This document shows positions 26,167 to 36,251 of a stretch of 64,000 nucleotides of DNA, one piece after another. The DNA comes from a virus. Taxonomy: Duplodnaviria; Caudoviricetes. The first letter of the stretch is position 1. Every line of letters begins with the position of its first letter. A program made the translations under genes and the position numbers. A model generated the notes under the pieces. It was not told the origin of the DNA, made no database searches, and was given only the letters and a program-made list of their open reading frames with translations. The stretch spans positions 1 to 64,000 of IMG/VR virus record IMGVR_UViG_3300037851_000360, one strand, 5' to 3'.

Positions 26167-26204
26167 AATAAATAACGGATAACCGGCGGTTTTTGATATT
26201 TATA
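26167..26204. promoter_or_regulatory. Divergent pair of putative late promoter motifs
   Basis: TTATTTATT on minus (26175-26167) and ATATTTATA on plus (26196-26204) at the strand switch. Confidence 0.55.
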
Positions 26205-26208
26205 GTCG

Positions 26209-27405
26209 ATGTCTGACATTATCTACGTACCAGGTCCTAACAATGAGATGATCCCACTCACGCAGTCGTTTGGGCCACAATATCCCATCCTGTCCGATAC
26301 TGCGTCATATGCTCTTACCGCAAGTTACTTTGTGGGGTTCATTGAAAGTGCAAGTTATGCCAAGTATGCGGAGACGGCGAGTTACCTGTTGGGATTTGTA
26401 GAATCTGCATCGTATGCCGAGCACTCGAAAACATCAGATTCGGCTTCATATTCCGACACCGCTGGGTTTGCTGATTTGGCTGATTCTGCCAGTTACTCCC
26501 TTACCGCGGACTATGCAAAGAATGCTTTGAGTGCAAGTTGGGCACCGATGCCTTCTGCATCGCTAACCTCAAGTTATAGTCTATTTTCCGAAACTGCCAG
26601 TTATCTTCTCGGAACCATCGCATCAGCGTCGTATGCCCAAAACGCAGCAACCGCCAGTTACTTCACAGGCAGCGTCAGCAACGCAATTCTCGCAATCAGT
26701 TCGTCATACGCGGTCTCAGCATCACACGCATCGGAATCCGACTACGCAGATTCAGCGTCGATTGCTGACACAGCATCATTTGCATACCAAGCCGCAACGG
26801 CGTCACTCGCCACCACTGCATCATATTCGATTATTGCTGGCTTGGCAATTACATCAAGTTTCTCAACAACCGCTGCGAGCGCAAGTTTCAGTGAAAATTC
26901 AAACACTGCCAGTTACGCTCTCTATGCAGAGGATGCTGGAATTGCAATCCTCGCCGAGACCGCTTCTCTTGCAAACACCGCAAGTTATGCGCTCACATCG
27001 TCGTATGCTGGTTCATCCATTACGAGCAGTTATGTTAGCGGGTCAACCGCAGAAGTTAAAAACCTTTACATCGTCGATAAGAATGGCTCGTTTGTTGGTC
27101 AAATTGCCACCACCTATGTAACCGGCATCAACTTCGCAACACAAGTAGATTCGTTCCCCGACACCGAAGGAAGCACCGCCCGATGGTTGGTGTCAGTCAT
27201 CTCTCAAAGCGTTGCCCGTTCCTTCGACGTTTTTGCCGCTTGGAACGCTGTAAACAACCAAGTCACTTTTTGGGAAACCACCACAAATGCTGTGGGAACG
27301 GTGCCCGTCACCATGAGTGCGTATATATCATCCAACAACCTTGTTCTCCTTTGCACACCAACCTTGGGAACATGGGATGTCAAAACAATGCGATTTTTGT
27401 TATAA
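26209..27405 (+). CDS. Fibre-like virion protein with TASYA repeats and beta-rich C-terminal domain
   Basis: [ST]ASY[AV] repeats; C-terminal domain shared with 27461..29407. Confidence 0.7.
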   Translation: MSDIIYVPGPNNEMIPLTQSFGPQYPILSDTASYALTASYFVGFIESASYAKYAETASYLLGFVESASYAEHSKTSDSASYSDTAGFADLADSASYSLTADYAKNALSASWAPMPSASLTSSYSLFSETASYLLGTIASASYAQNAATASYFTGSVSNAILAISSSYAVSASHASESDYADSASIADTASFAYQAATASLATTASYSIIAGLAITSSFSTTAASASFSENSNTASYALYAEDAGIAILAETASLANTASYALTSSYAGSSITSSYVSGSTAEVKNLYIVDKNGSFVGQIATTYVTGINFATQVDSFPDTEGSTARWLVSVISQSVARSFDVFAAWNAVNNQVTFWETTTNAVGTVPVTMSAYISSNNLVLLCTPTLGTWDVKTMRFLL

Positions 27406-27421
27406 TTCACTCATCCCTCCG

Positions 27422-27430
27422 ATATTTATA
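27422..27430 (+). promoter_or_regulatory. Putative late promoter motif ATATTTATA
   Basis: Recurrent motif. Confidence 0.6.
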
Positions 27431-27460
27431 GAACAACACCTGTCAACGGAATAACTCACT

Positions 27461-29407
27461 ATGTCTAACGAATTCATTGTAAAGAATGGTCTAATCGTAA
27501 AAGGTAACTTGGATGTTACCAACGGCGGAATCATTACGACCGGACCAGCGGTAAACCAACTCACCGCTTCATACGCAATCACAGCATCGTACGCAGCGAA
27601 CGTTCCAGCAACCGCATCGTATGCAGTATCCGCTTCACATGCCGACGAGAGTGACTTCGCTGACACCGCTTCTTATGTGGAGAACGCTCAGACCGCATCC
27701 TACGTTCTCAATGCCGTTTCGGCTTCACATGCAGCATACGCCGTCACCGCATCGTTTGCTCTCAATTTCAATCCGACCGCGACCGCTTCGTATGCATTGA
27801 TCGCACAGACTGCATCCTACGTCGAAACTTCGCAAACGGCATCATATGTAGAGAATGCACAGACTGCTTCTTACGTTGAGACAGCACAAACCGCTTCATA
27901 TGCACTAAACGCCGTCTCAGCATCTTACGCAACAAGTGCTTCCCATGCAGAATACGCTGATGATGCATTATCATCGTCGTATGCACAAACAGCAACTCTC
28001 GCCGACACCGCTTCTTATGTAGAAACGGCACAGACCGCCTCGTATGTTCTGAGCGCAGTTTCCGCTTCTTACGCAGTGAGTGCATCCCACTCTGAATTTG
28101 CCGATGATGCTCTCTCTTCATCGTATGCTCAAAACGCATCGACTGCCAACACGGCATCATATGTTGAAACGGCACAGACAGCATCATATGTGTTGAATGC
28201 AGTTTCTTCATCCTACTCGGTAAGTTCTTCACACGCAGAATACGCAGACGATGCATTCTCAGCATCCTATGCTCAAGCGGCTACAAATGCCGATACTGCT
28301 TCCTACGTCGCCTTGGCACAAACTGCATCGTATGTAGAAAACGCTCAAACTGCCTCTTACGTTCTCAATGCGGTTTCTTCTTCGTATGCAGTCAGCGCAT
28401 CGCACTCTGAATATGCAGACGATGCTTTCTCCGCTTCGTATGCACAGACAGCAACTTTGGCAAACACCGCAAGTTATGTAGAGAATGCACAGACGGCTTC
28501 GTACGTCGAAAATGCACAGACCGCATCCTACGTTTTGAACGCAGTTTCCGCTTCGTTTGCACAACAAGCATCGACTGCATCTTACGTTGAAAATGCTCAG
28601 ACCGCCTCGTATGTTGAAACTGCTCAAACTGCATCCTACATCGTGTGGGATAATGTCGCCAACAAGCCAGCCGACATTGTGTCTTCTTCGGCACAACTCG
28701 AAAATGGTGGTGGTGTAGCATTTGATTCGACCAGCAACCTAACGGTAGGTCAATTGACTGCTTCCTCAATCACGGTCGAAAACCTACACGTTCAGACAAT
28801 CACCTCATCTGTGATTTACTCTTCCGGCTCAAACGTATTTGGAAATTCTCTTTCCAATACCCACATATTCACCGGATCGGTAATCGTGACCGGATCGTTG
28901 ACAGTTTACGGTCCAATCACCGGAACAATCACAACGGCTTCTTACGCACTATATGCTGTCACCGCTTCACATGCTCTAACGGCAGTTACCGCTTCGTTTG
29001 CATTGACTTCATCTCTCGCGATCCGCTCGATTTCTTCGAGTTATGTTTCCGGAGGAGTTGATGCGTCATCCCTCACACTAAATAATGACGGTGTGTGGGC
29101 ACGTTGGTTCAATGCCGAAGCAAATGGAATCACCACAACAACTCCGGTTGACACCTTCGCATCATCGCTTGGGTATTCCGCACGTTGGTTGGTAGCAATC
29201 AAAGACGGAGCAAACTTCAGAACAAGTGAAGTGGTCGCCGTCTGGTCAGGTTCATCTGCAACATTCTACGAGGTATCTACAACGGCTATCGGAAATACCG
29301 ATCCGGTAACTATGAGTGTAGACATTGCGGGCGGAAACACCGTTCGACTCCTCGCCGATCCAACCTCGGGAACATGGGACGTTCGTACTACAAGAGTGGT
29401 CATCTAA
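27461..29407 (+). CDS. Fibre-like virion protein with TASYA repeats
   Basis: N-terminus MSNEFIVKNG; long 9-aa and 48-aa periodic repeats; beta-rich C-terminal domain. Confidence 0.75.
   Translation: MSNEFIVKNGLIVKGNLDVTNGGIITTGPAVNQLTASYAITASYAANVPATASYAVSASHADESDFADTASYVENAQTASYVLNAVSASHAAYAVTASFALNFNPTATASYALIAQTASYVETSQTASYVENAQTASYVETAQTASYALNAVSASYATSASHAEYADDALSSSYAQTATLADTASYVETAQTASYVLSAVSASYAVSASHSEFADDALSSSYAQNASTANTASYVETAQTASYVLNAVSSSYSVSSSHAEYADDAFSASYAQAATNADTASYVALAQTASYVENAQTASYVLNAVSSSYAVSASHSEYADDAFSASYAQTATLANTASYVENAQTASYVENAQTASYVLNAVSASFAQQASTASYVENAQTASYVETAQTASYIVWDNVANKPADIVSSSAQLENGGGVAFDSTSNLTVGQLTASSITVENLHVQTITSSVIYSSGSNVFGNSLSNTHIFTGSVIVTGSLTVYGPITGTITTASYALYAVTASHALTAVTASFALTSSLAIRSISSSYVSGGVDASSLTLNNDGVWARWFNAEANGITTTTPVDTFASSLGYSARWLVAIKDGANFRTSEVVAVWSGSSATFYEVSTTAIGNTDPVTMSVDIAGGNTVRLLADPTSGTWDVRTTRVVI
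27863..28465 (+). repeat. Four tandem ~48-aa higher-order units built from 9-aa repeats
   Basis: Units start at 27863, 28007, 28151 and 28295 (TASYVETAQ TASYVLNAV SASYAVSAS HSEFADDAL SSSYAQNAS TAN). Confidence 0.85.
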
Positions 29408-29460
29408 TAAAATAGACCGACCGCCCTTGTTGCTCCGAGGAAACGTGAATCGAGTAACAA

Positions 29461-31422
29461 ATGGCTAACGAATTCGTAGTACGTAACGGCATAGTTGCTA
29501 AAGGAACGAGTAGTTTCGACACCGATGTAAAGGTGTCCGGAAGCATCATTGCGCCAAATGGCATACACCCACTCACAGCATCGTGGGCGGTACACGCCAT
29601 AACAGCATCGTATGTCAATCCCGCACTACTGTCAGCGGGATCGTCGGCGTCGATTCCAAATACACTGGCTTTGCGCGATATATACGCAGGAACCGCGTTT
29701 GCTCATATTCTTTTCGATACGACAGGATCAAACATTCCAGTTCACACAACCGGTCTGGTTGATTGGAATCTGTTTGAAGGAACACTTGATATTCACACGG
29801 ATGTAACTGATGTTACGATTCAAGCCGGTCAGGAACTTGTCATCAAGGTCAGAAATAATACCGGAGCACCTATACCAAATGGAGGAGTTGTTTACATTTC
29901 CGGATCGCTGGGAAATAGACCTTTGGCGTGGTTGGCTCAAGCAAACAACTTCGACGCAGCGAATAGTATCATCGGTCTTGCCACGAACACGATGGCCGAC
30001 AATACAGACGGGTACGTAACCGTTGCCGGAAAGGTTCATGACTTAGACACATCGATGTACGCAGGCGGACAAGTTCTTTATCTGTCTACAACTATTCCGG
30101 GCGGATATTCAACTACAGAACCGACCGGCTCCAATGTTCCGGTAATTCTCGGAAAAGTTGTTCGTTCTCACGTGACTCTTGGAAGCGTCCTCGTCAACGT
30201 TCGACAGAACTTCATGGATGGAAATCATTTCGCAGCAGTCGAAGCATTGGTGAACGGAGTCGTTACCGCAAGTTTGTATGGAACTGCATCGTGGGCACTG
30301 AATTCTCTAACGGCATCGTATCTTCTCGGGTCGATTGAATCTGCATCGTATGCTGCAACGGCGTCGTATGTTGCTACCGCCTCTTGGGCGTTGAATGCAG
30401 TTTCATCGTCATACGCAGTTTCTTCATCTTACGCAGTCACCTCTTCTTTCGCCGTTTCCGCTTCGATTGCACAGACGGTAATCAATGGCGTGTCGATGAC
30501 AGGTAAGTATCGTTTCTCCGACAGCACAACGATGGTTGACCCGACAATAGGAAAGTTGAGATACGATTCGGCAACCTTATCGTCGGTTCAAAACGTTGCC
30601 ATTTCATCTACGACTTGGGAAAGTACAAACGCTTACAACTATCTTCGCTCTCTTGATGTAGGCGATCAAATCTACATCCAAACACAACTACAGCCGGGTG
30701 AATGGTTCCGTGGAAGAATCAGAGCGACACCCGTCGATAATACCTCGTGGTTCCTACTACCGGTTGAATATATCACAGGAAGCGTCGCTCTTCCATCCAA
30801 TAACGAGGACCTTGTTGTTACCATCGTTTTGGGATTGAACACCTCCGAATTTCGCACCGGTTCATTTACTGGATCATTTACTGGCGCGTTCACCGGAAAC
30901 CTGACAGGAACAGCATCGTGGGCAACAACTGCACAAACGGCAAGTTATGTTGCACAAACTTCGATTGTTCAATCGGGATATGCACTGGCTGCACACACAT
31001 CAAGTGTGAATCTTGTTTCGACGAATACATGGGAAAACATACCATTCAGCACCAATCTCATTACACCCAATGGATTCACACACCCATCGGCGCTTGGTGG
31101 ATTTACATCGAGTGTTTCTGGTATCTATCGAGTTCGGTTTGATGCAACCGCTTATAAAAATGTCGGCGGCACAAACAACTTTGGATTTCGACTTCTCAAC
31201 GATGAGCAAGAAGTGTCCGGGAGTTACACGTACTTGACCATGATTTCAAGTAATACCTACACTCCTGTCTCAACCGAGGTGTATGTACCACTGGTATCTG
31301 GCTCAAGAATATCAGCACAAATGATATCAGACACAAACCAAGGTGGTATTTATACACAAGGAACCATTGGTTCTCCAACACCTTTCGTATATTCAGGCAA
31401 ACTAACAATCAGTCGCATCTAA
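29461..31422 (+). CDS. Fibre/spike protein with TASYA segment and C1q/BclA-like C-terminal domain
   Basis: N-terminus MANEFVVRNG; internal GLAT...GYVTVAGKV..LDTS domain; C-terminal jelly-roll-like pattern. Confidence 0.7.
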   Translation: MANEFVVRNGIVAKGTSSFDTDVKVSGSIIAPNGIHPLTASWAVHAITASYVNPALLSAGSSASIPNTLALRDIYAGTAFAHILFDTTGSNIPVHTTGLVDWNLFEGTLDIHTDVTDVTIQAGQELVIKVRNNTGAPIPNGGVVYISGSLGNRPLAWLAQANNFDAANSIIGLATNTMADNTDGYVTVAGKVHDLDTSMYAGGQVLYLSTTIPGGYSTTEPTGSNVPVILGKVVRSHVTLGSVLVNVRQNFMDGNHFAAVEALVNGVVTASLYGTASWALNSLTASYLLGSIESASYAATASYVATASWALNAVSSSYAVSSSYAVTSSFAVSASIAQTVINGVSMTGKYRFSDSTTMVDPTIGKLRYDSATLSSVQNVAISSTTWESTNAYNYLRSLDVGDQIYIQTQLQPGEWFRGRIRATPVDNTSWFLLPVEYITGSVALPSNNEDLVVTIVLGLNTSEFRTGSFTGSFTGAFTGNLTGTASWATTAQTASYVAQTSIVQSGYALAAHTSSVNLVSTNTWENIPFSTNLITPNGFTHPSALGGFTSSVSGIYRVRFDATAYKNVGGTNNFGFRLLNDEQEVSGSYTYLTMISSNTYTPVSTEVYVPLVSGSRISAQMISDTNQGGIYTQGTIGSPTPFVYSGKLTISRI

Positions 31423-31423
31423 C

Positions 31424-32848
31424 ATGGCAGTTCCCGTAATCCAAGTTCACCCCGTCAACGGACCAGATATCGTTCTGATGAGTCCTGACCTTTCTCTAAC
31501 GAGAAGTTTGGGATTGTCAAACGATAACATCCTGACGTTGGACGATGTTCCGATTACTACCGCAAGTTATGCTTTGTATGCAGAAACGGCATCATATTCA
31601 ATCAGTGCTTCACATGCAATATTTGCCGACACCTCCTCAAACTCCAACTTCGCGTCTACTTCATCCTTCGTTGAATTTTCCAACGTAGCAAACAAACCAA
31701 CGCTGGTCAGTTCATCGGCGCAAATAAACACAGGGTCATTCACAGGATCGTTTTTTGGAACGTTTGTTGGCACCGCATCGTGGGCAAACAATTCACGCAC
31801 GGCATCATACGTTACGTTCGACAATGTTGCCAACAAACCGGCACTTGTATCTTCGTCGTTCCAAGTTTTATCCGGGTCGGGTGTTTACTCATCGTCAGCG
31901 CAGATCACTTTTCCAGCAACCACATCATACGCAATCTTTGCGGAAACATCTTCGAGAGCGACTCTTGCAAACAGTGCGTCTTATGTTGAATTTGCAAACA
32001 TAGCAAATAAACCAACCCTTGTATCATCATCGGCACAAATAAACACCGGTTCATTCACAGGATCATTTACCGGAGTGCTCGTAGGTACATCCTCGTGGGC
32101 AATTCAGGCAGTAACAGCGTCACATGCGCTGACAGCACTGACTGCTTCTTTTGTTGCTACATCCTCGTGGTCGATACGCTCAATATCATCTTCATATGCG
32201 GATACCGCATCATTCGTTTCAACTGCCTCATGGGCAAGAAATGCAATCACGGCATCGTATTTTTCCGGATCGATCACGAATGCCATTTCATCTTCGTATG
32301 CACTTTCGGCGTCATATGCTGTAACCGCATCGTTCGCCGTTACGGCATCGTACACCGCAACTGCGTCTTATGTAAATCCAAGAACTATAGGCGATCACGG
32401 ATCATCTTTCGTTATTCGAACGGGGTCACTCACGGTAACGACGGCAAACACATGGCAATCTGTTCCGTACGAGCACAACGTTTTCACCGACTCCGTTGAT
32501 TGGACCTATTCATCCGGTGGTACTGTGCTCACATGCTCGACTGCTGGTGCATACAACATTGACGCTGTTATGTATCTTCAAAAAACCGGCGGTACCGCTG
32601 CTGTCGGGGCGATGAGAATACTAAAGAATTCTTCGGAAATTTCCGGAAGTTATGGCGCATACACTTTCGCATCAAACAACACCGCAATTCCGATTCTTGT
32701 GCACGTTCGAGAAACATTCGCGGCAAACGACACACTCACGATCCAACTTACCGGAACATCGACGACAATTCAAGCAGCGCCTCCTCCGACAGCCGGTACT
32801 CCGGTGACCCGACCAACATCAACTCTACGTGTTCACCCATCAGCCTAA
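31424..32848 (+). CDS. Fibre protein with TASYA repeats and C1q/BclA-like C-terminal domain
   Basis: Internal duplicated NVANKPTLVSSSAQINTGSFTGSF; C-terminus similar to the previous gene. Confidence 0.7.
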   Translation: MAVPVIQVHPVNGPDIVLMSPDLSLTRSLGLSNDNILTLDDVPITTASYALYAETASYSISASHAIFADTSSNSNFASTSSFVEFSNVANKPTLVSSSAQINTGSFTGSFFGTFVGTASWANNSRTASYVTFDNVANKPALVSSSFQVLSGSGVYSSSAQITFPATTSYAIFAETSSRATLANSASYVEFANIANKPTLVSSSAQINTGSFTGSFTGVLVGTSSWAIQAVTASHALTALTASFVATSSWSIRSISSSYADTASFVSTASWARNAITASYFSGSITNAISSSYALSASYAVTASFAVTASYTATASYVNPRTIGDHGSSFVIRTGSLTVTTANTWQSVPYEHNVFTDSVDWTYSSGGTVLTCSTAGAYNIDAVMYLQKTGGTAAVGAMRILKNSSEISGSYGAYTFASNNTAIPILVHVRETFAANDTLTIQLTGTSTTIQAAPPPTAGTPVTRPTSTLRVHPSA

Positions 32849-32851
32849 TTT

Positions 32852-33655
32852 ATGACAAATCTTCCAGAGTTTATTTTTGATTCGGTTAATGGTCCGATAA
32901 TCAGCCTCCACGATAGCAATGGAAAGCGCCGAGTATTGACCGTTAACGAAAACGGTCGTCTACACATCAAAGACCCCGAGTTCAATGAAACGAGGGATGT
33001 GATGGAAGTAGATTCACAGTACAATGTTTTCCTGAGAGACCACTGGTTCGGAAGCGACTACAGCGGCATCTTGGGATGGCAGAGAAGTATCGCGGGCAAT
33101 TCAGCAACCGCCGAAAAAATCGAAGGTGAAGTTGGTGCTCCGGGAATTATTCGCCTTTCTGCTGGAAAATCGTCTACTGGTCGCTGTGCTCTATCTCTCG
33201 GAACCAAAGACGTAGTGCTTGACACGGCAGAAATCACATACGAGTTCAAGATTCGCCTACACCAAGCATCGACAAATGGCTTGGATTACCGAGTTTCCGT
33301 TGGATTTGGTGATGTGACAGGAAATGGTGAATTTGCAAATGGCGTGTGGTTCGAACACTCGGCGATCAACCGAGGCTATTGGATCGCCAGAACCGCAAAG
33401 AACAATATCCGAACGACAATAGTCACCACCGATCCGGTTAGCCCCGGAAATTGGCATGTTCTGAAAATGATTATCACCGATGCCGCTGTGCAATACTTCT
33501 GCGGTCATACGCTTCTTTGCACCATCGACAGAAACATTCCGACCGGGCAAGCGTTCTCACCGATCATCAAAATAGAAGGAATCAGCGGCGCGGCGGATAG
33601 ATATTTCGACTTAGATTTCATCTCAATCAACTTGGAGTGGCCGACAAATGAATAA
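32852..33655 (+). CDS. Putative receptor-binding / lectin-like (ConA/LamG-type) fibre tip protein
   Basis: Beta-sandwich pattern (YEFKIRL, WHVLKMII, VQYF); follows the fibre genes. Confidence 0.5.
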   Translation: MTNLPEFIFDSVNGPIISLHDSNGKRRVLTVNENGRLHIKDPEFNETRDVMEVDSQYNVFLRDHWFGSDYSGILGWQRSIAGNSATAEKIEGEVGAPGIIRLSAGKSSTGRCALSLGTKDVVLDTAEITYEFKIRLHQASTNGLDYRVSVGFGDVTGNGEFANGVWFEHSAINRGYWIARTAKNNIRTTIVTTDPVSPGNWHVLKMIITDAAVQYFCGHTLLCTIDRNIPTGQAFSPIIKIEGISGAADRYFDLDFISINLEWPTNE

Positions 33656-34049
33656 ATACAAAATTGACATCATCTCCGGAAGTATTGAGTTCGCCACCGA
33701 GCCCGAAGCAATTGAGTATGCCGTTGCACAAAGCATCGACACCGGCTCCATTTATTCCGTGACGGAATCTGTCGTGGTAGATAAAGAAGCAGAATTTGAA
33801 GCGTTGGTCGCTGCTGGTTTTCCAATCGGAACCTCATCACTCGCACTCACAGACGTTGACCGTGCCACATTTTCATCGATGCTTGCATTGGTCAACGAAG
33901 GATTGATGCTCGGTCAAATGACAACCGAATCGATGGTCACGATCAAGAGTCAGGAAGGCGATATCATTCCACTTACGGCTCTTCAGTTCAAGATCACGAT
34001 GCTCCAATACGGTTTTTATTACAAGACCATCTGGGACGCAAAACAGTAA
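33648..34049 (+). CDS. Putative tail fibre assembly protein (DUF4376-like)
   Basis: Position after fibre genes; LALTDVDR...TIKSQEGDIIPLT pattern. Confidence 0.45.
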   Translation: MNKYKIDIISGSIEFATEPEAIEYAVAQSIDTGSIYSVTESVVVDKEAEFEALVAAGFPIGTSSLALTDVDRATFSSMLALVNEGLMLGQMTTESMVTIKSQEGDIIPLTALQFKITMLQYGFYYKTIWDAKQ

Positions 34050-34056
34050 TTTTGAG

Positions 34057-34085
34057 TTGACTTATTTTGAGGGATTCACGAGTAT
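34057..34085 (+). promoter_or_regulatory. Candidate sigma70-like promoter
   Basis: TTGACT-N17-GAGTAT. Confidence 0.4.
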
Positions 34086-34091
34086 GGATTC

Positions 34092-34658
34092 GTGAATATC
34101 TTCTTCCTCAGTTTCAATCCCGAACAGTGTGCCCGATGGCACTTGGATAAGCATGTGGTCAAGATGCCTTTGGAGAGTACACAGATGCTCTTTTCGGCAT
34201 ACTATGCCTGTCTCGGGTTCAAGACTCCCAAGGAACGCAAAGCCAACATGGGCAAGGTGTGGGAACGATTCAAGACACTTCCGCGTGTGGATGACAAAGG
34301 TCGTCCTGCTCCATACGGAATGTCTCATTTCAACCACCCATCTACCAAGTGGGCGAGAGAATGTATCGAGAATTGGGAATGGCTACACAGCCTCGCAATG
34401 TCTCTGTGTGAGGAGTATCACCGTCGATACGGTCCGAAGCCTCTGAAGGTTGAGCCACTTCTTATATGGATGTGGCAGAACAAACCTGAACTTCCGTCGA
34501 ACGGGGGCAAAATAACCCCTCCTCCACTTTGTATGCCCGACGATTCAAAAGTAGTTGACAACCCGATTGAATCGTATCACAACTATTACATCAGACATAA
34601 GAAGGACTTCGCCACATGGAAGTCTCCGTCAAGAAAACCCAAATGGTATAAAAACTAA
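34092..34658 (+). CDS. Pyrimidine-dimer DNA glycosylase (DenV)-like protein
   Basis: MNIFFL...CARWHLDKHVVKMPLESTQML, HFNHPSTKW, YHRRYG, PPPLCMPD. Confidence 0.7.
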   Translation: MNIFFLSFNPEQCARWHLDKHVVKMPLESTQMLFSAYYACLGFKTPKERKANMGKVWERFKTLPRVDDKGRPAPYGMSHFNHPSTKWARECIENWEWLHSLAMSLCEEYHRRYGPKPLKVEPLLIWMWQNKPELPSNGGKITPPPLCMPDDSKVVDNPIESYHNYYIRHKKDFATWKSPSRKPKWYKN

Positions 34659-35650
34659 TGAGCGATAACAACGAAGATTTTTCAATGGCAGATTTCGGAA
34701 CCGAAGGTGCTGAAAAAAACTACGGCACAAAAACCTCGGAGCCTCCACAGGCTGCAAATGAGGAAAAATCCGAAAAGAAAGGCGCAAAGGGATTCTGTCA
34801 GTGGACCGAGACCGAGCCATCTACTTTCATGGCTGTTGGTAAGACCACTGCCACGCTGACCTCCGGTGTTTACGCCATTGATCAAGATCGTGGCACTCCA
34901 ATCTTCATCCAAAAGGATGTGAAGGTTGACGACCTCATTGAATTTCCAAACTCCAAGTCGGATCGAATCCTCACGGAAATCGAAGACTTCTGGAAAAAGG
35001 GTTCAGTATTCAAGCAGTATGGATTTCTCCACCGTCGCGGTTACCTCCTCTATGGTGATCCGGGTGGCGGTAAGACATGCTTGGTGCAACAGGTCATCAA
35101 GCGAATCGTCAAGAACAACGGAATCGTTTTCCTGTGCGGTCATCCGAATGTGTTCGGTGAAGGACTTCGCGTTTACCGCAAGGTTGAACCGGATCGCCAA
35201 ATCGTCTGCATTCTTGAAGACGTTGATGCCATCATCGAACAGTTCGGAGAAGACGAAATCCTCTCCCTGATGGATGGTGAAAATCAGGTTGACAAGGTGA
35301 TTAACATCGCCACGACCAACTACCCGGAACGTCTCGACAAGCGCATCACCGGTCGCCCTCGCCGGTTCGACCGCATCATCAAGATTGCTATGCCTGACGA
35401 AGCAGTTCGTCGCGTCTACTTCAAGATGAAACTTCACATCGATGATAACGAAGTCGAAAAGTGGGTCAAGGCAACCAAGGATTTCAGTTTCGCCGCCATG
35501 GCGGAATTGGTCATCAGTGTGAAGTGTCTCGACCACCCGTTCGAAAAGTCGGTCGATACGTTGAAAAAACTCATGACCAACAAGCCAAAATCGACCGACT
35601 CAGGAGACGAGGAAGACGAGCCAAGAAAAGCAGGATTTGGATTCTCTTGA
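34658..35650 (+). CDS. AAA+ ATPase (BCS1-like single AAA domain)
   Basis: RRGYLLYGDPGGGKT, ILEDVD, ATTNYPERLD..ITGRPRRFD. Confidence 0.9.
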   Translation: MSDNNEDFSMADFGTEGAEKNYGTKTSEPPQAANEEKSEKKGAKGFCQWTETEPSTFMAVGKTTATLTSGVYAIDQDRGTPIFIQKDVKVDDLIEFPNSKSDRILTEIEDFWKKGSVFKQYGFLHRRGYLLYGDPGGGKTCLVQQVIKRIVKNNGIVFLCGHPNVFGEGLRVYRKVEPDRQIVCILEDVDAIIEQFGEDEILSLMDGENQVDKVINIATTNYPERLDKRITGRPRRFDRIIKIAMPDEAVRRVYFKMKLHIDDNEVEKWVKATKDFSFAAMAELVISVKCLDHPFEKSVDTLKKLMTNKPKSTDSGDEEDEPRKAGFGFS

Positions 35651-35681
35651 TTGAAAAAATCACTTTTTTCTCTGTGGGGAG

Positions 35682-35690
35682 ATATTTATA
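35682..35690 (+). promoter_or_regulatory. Putative late promoter motif inside an 11-bp inverted repeat
   Basis: ATATTTATA between TTTCTCTGTGG (35667-77) and CCACAGAGAAA (35704-14). Confidence 0.6.
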
Positions 35691-35716
35691 ACTGAACTTC
35701 AAACCACAGAGAAATT

Positions 35717-35863
35717 ATGAGAATTTTCAAAACAGGCGTAGAAATCACACTCCAGCAGGCAATCGATCAGGGTCTCGTTACCGTCGATGGTCAAGGCAAC
35801 GTTTGGTTGGCTAAAGACACCGCCCACCTCGTCAAGATCACGGGCGACTTGATTCTACCTTAA
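35717..35863 (+). CDS. Small hypothetical protein (48 aa), below the ORF-track cutoff
   Basis: MRIFKTGVEITLQQAIDQGLVTVDGQGNVWLAKDTAHLVKITGDLILP*; downstream of a late motif. Confidence 0.6.
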   Translation: MRIFKTGVEITLQQAIDQGLVTVDGQGNVWLAKDTAHLVKITGDLILP

Positions 35864-35884
35864 TATCAACCCCACCAAACGGTT

Positions 35885-36211
35885 ATGAGCAACACAGACT
35901 TGAAGTTTTACGTCGCTGACTCCACCTTGAAAAAGGGAAGTCAGACACCAGTTTTCATCTACGACTCTACAGCAGAGTTAGTACGCCACCTTGAAGGAAC
36001 GGTCTTCCGTCAATTCAACAAGACGCGTGCACGCTTTATGGAAGACGCTGCCGACATGGGCGTAGCCGAAGACGATAATATCGGAAGAGCATTCACGGAA
36101 CTATTGACCGAGTATTTCAACATCGGATTCATTAAGAACAACGTTCCGATTCGAAAGAACATTTTCGAAGCCGACCACTATCTCCGTCGCACAGACGTTC
36201 ATGGCGATTAA
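35885..36211 (+). CDS. Hypothetical protein
   Basis: 108-aa ORF. Confidence 0.7.
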   Translation: MSNTDLKFYVADSTLKKGSQTPVFIYDSTAELVRHLEGTVFRQFNKTRARFMEDAADMGVAEDDNIGRAFTELLTEYFNIGFIKNNVPIRKNIFEADHYLRRTDVHGD

Positions 36212-36213
36212 CC

Positions 36214-36242
36214 TTGACAATCCCATAAAAGTTTTCAATCGT
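36214..36242 (+). promoter_or_regulatory. Candidate sigma70-like promoter
   Basis: TTGACA-N17-AATCGT. Confidence 0.4.
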
Positions 36243-36251
36243 TGATGACTT

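Noticed and set aside
26209-32848. CRISPR array or diversity-generating retroelement in the repeat-rich fibre region
   Set aside because: The repeats are in-frame coding repeats with synonymous divergence. There is no constant repeat/unique spacer pattern, no reverse transcriptase and no adenine-specific TR/VR pair.
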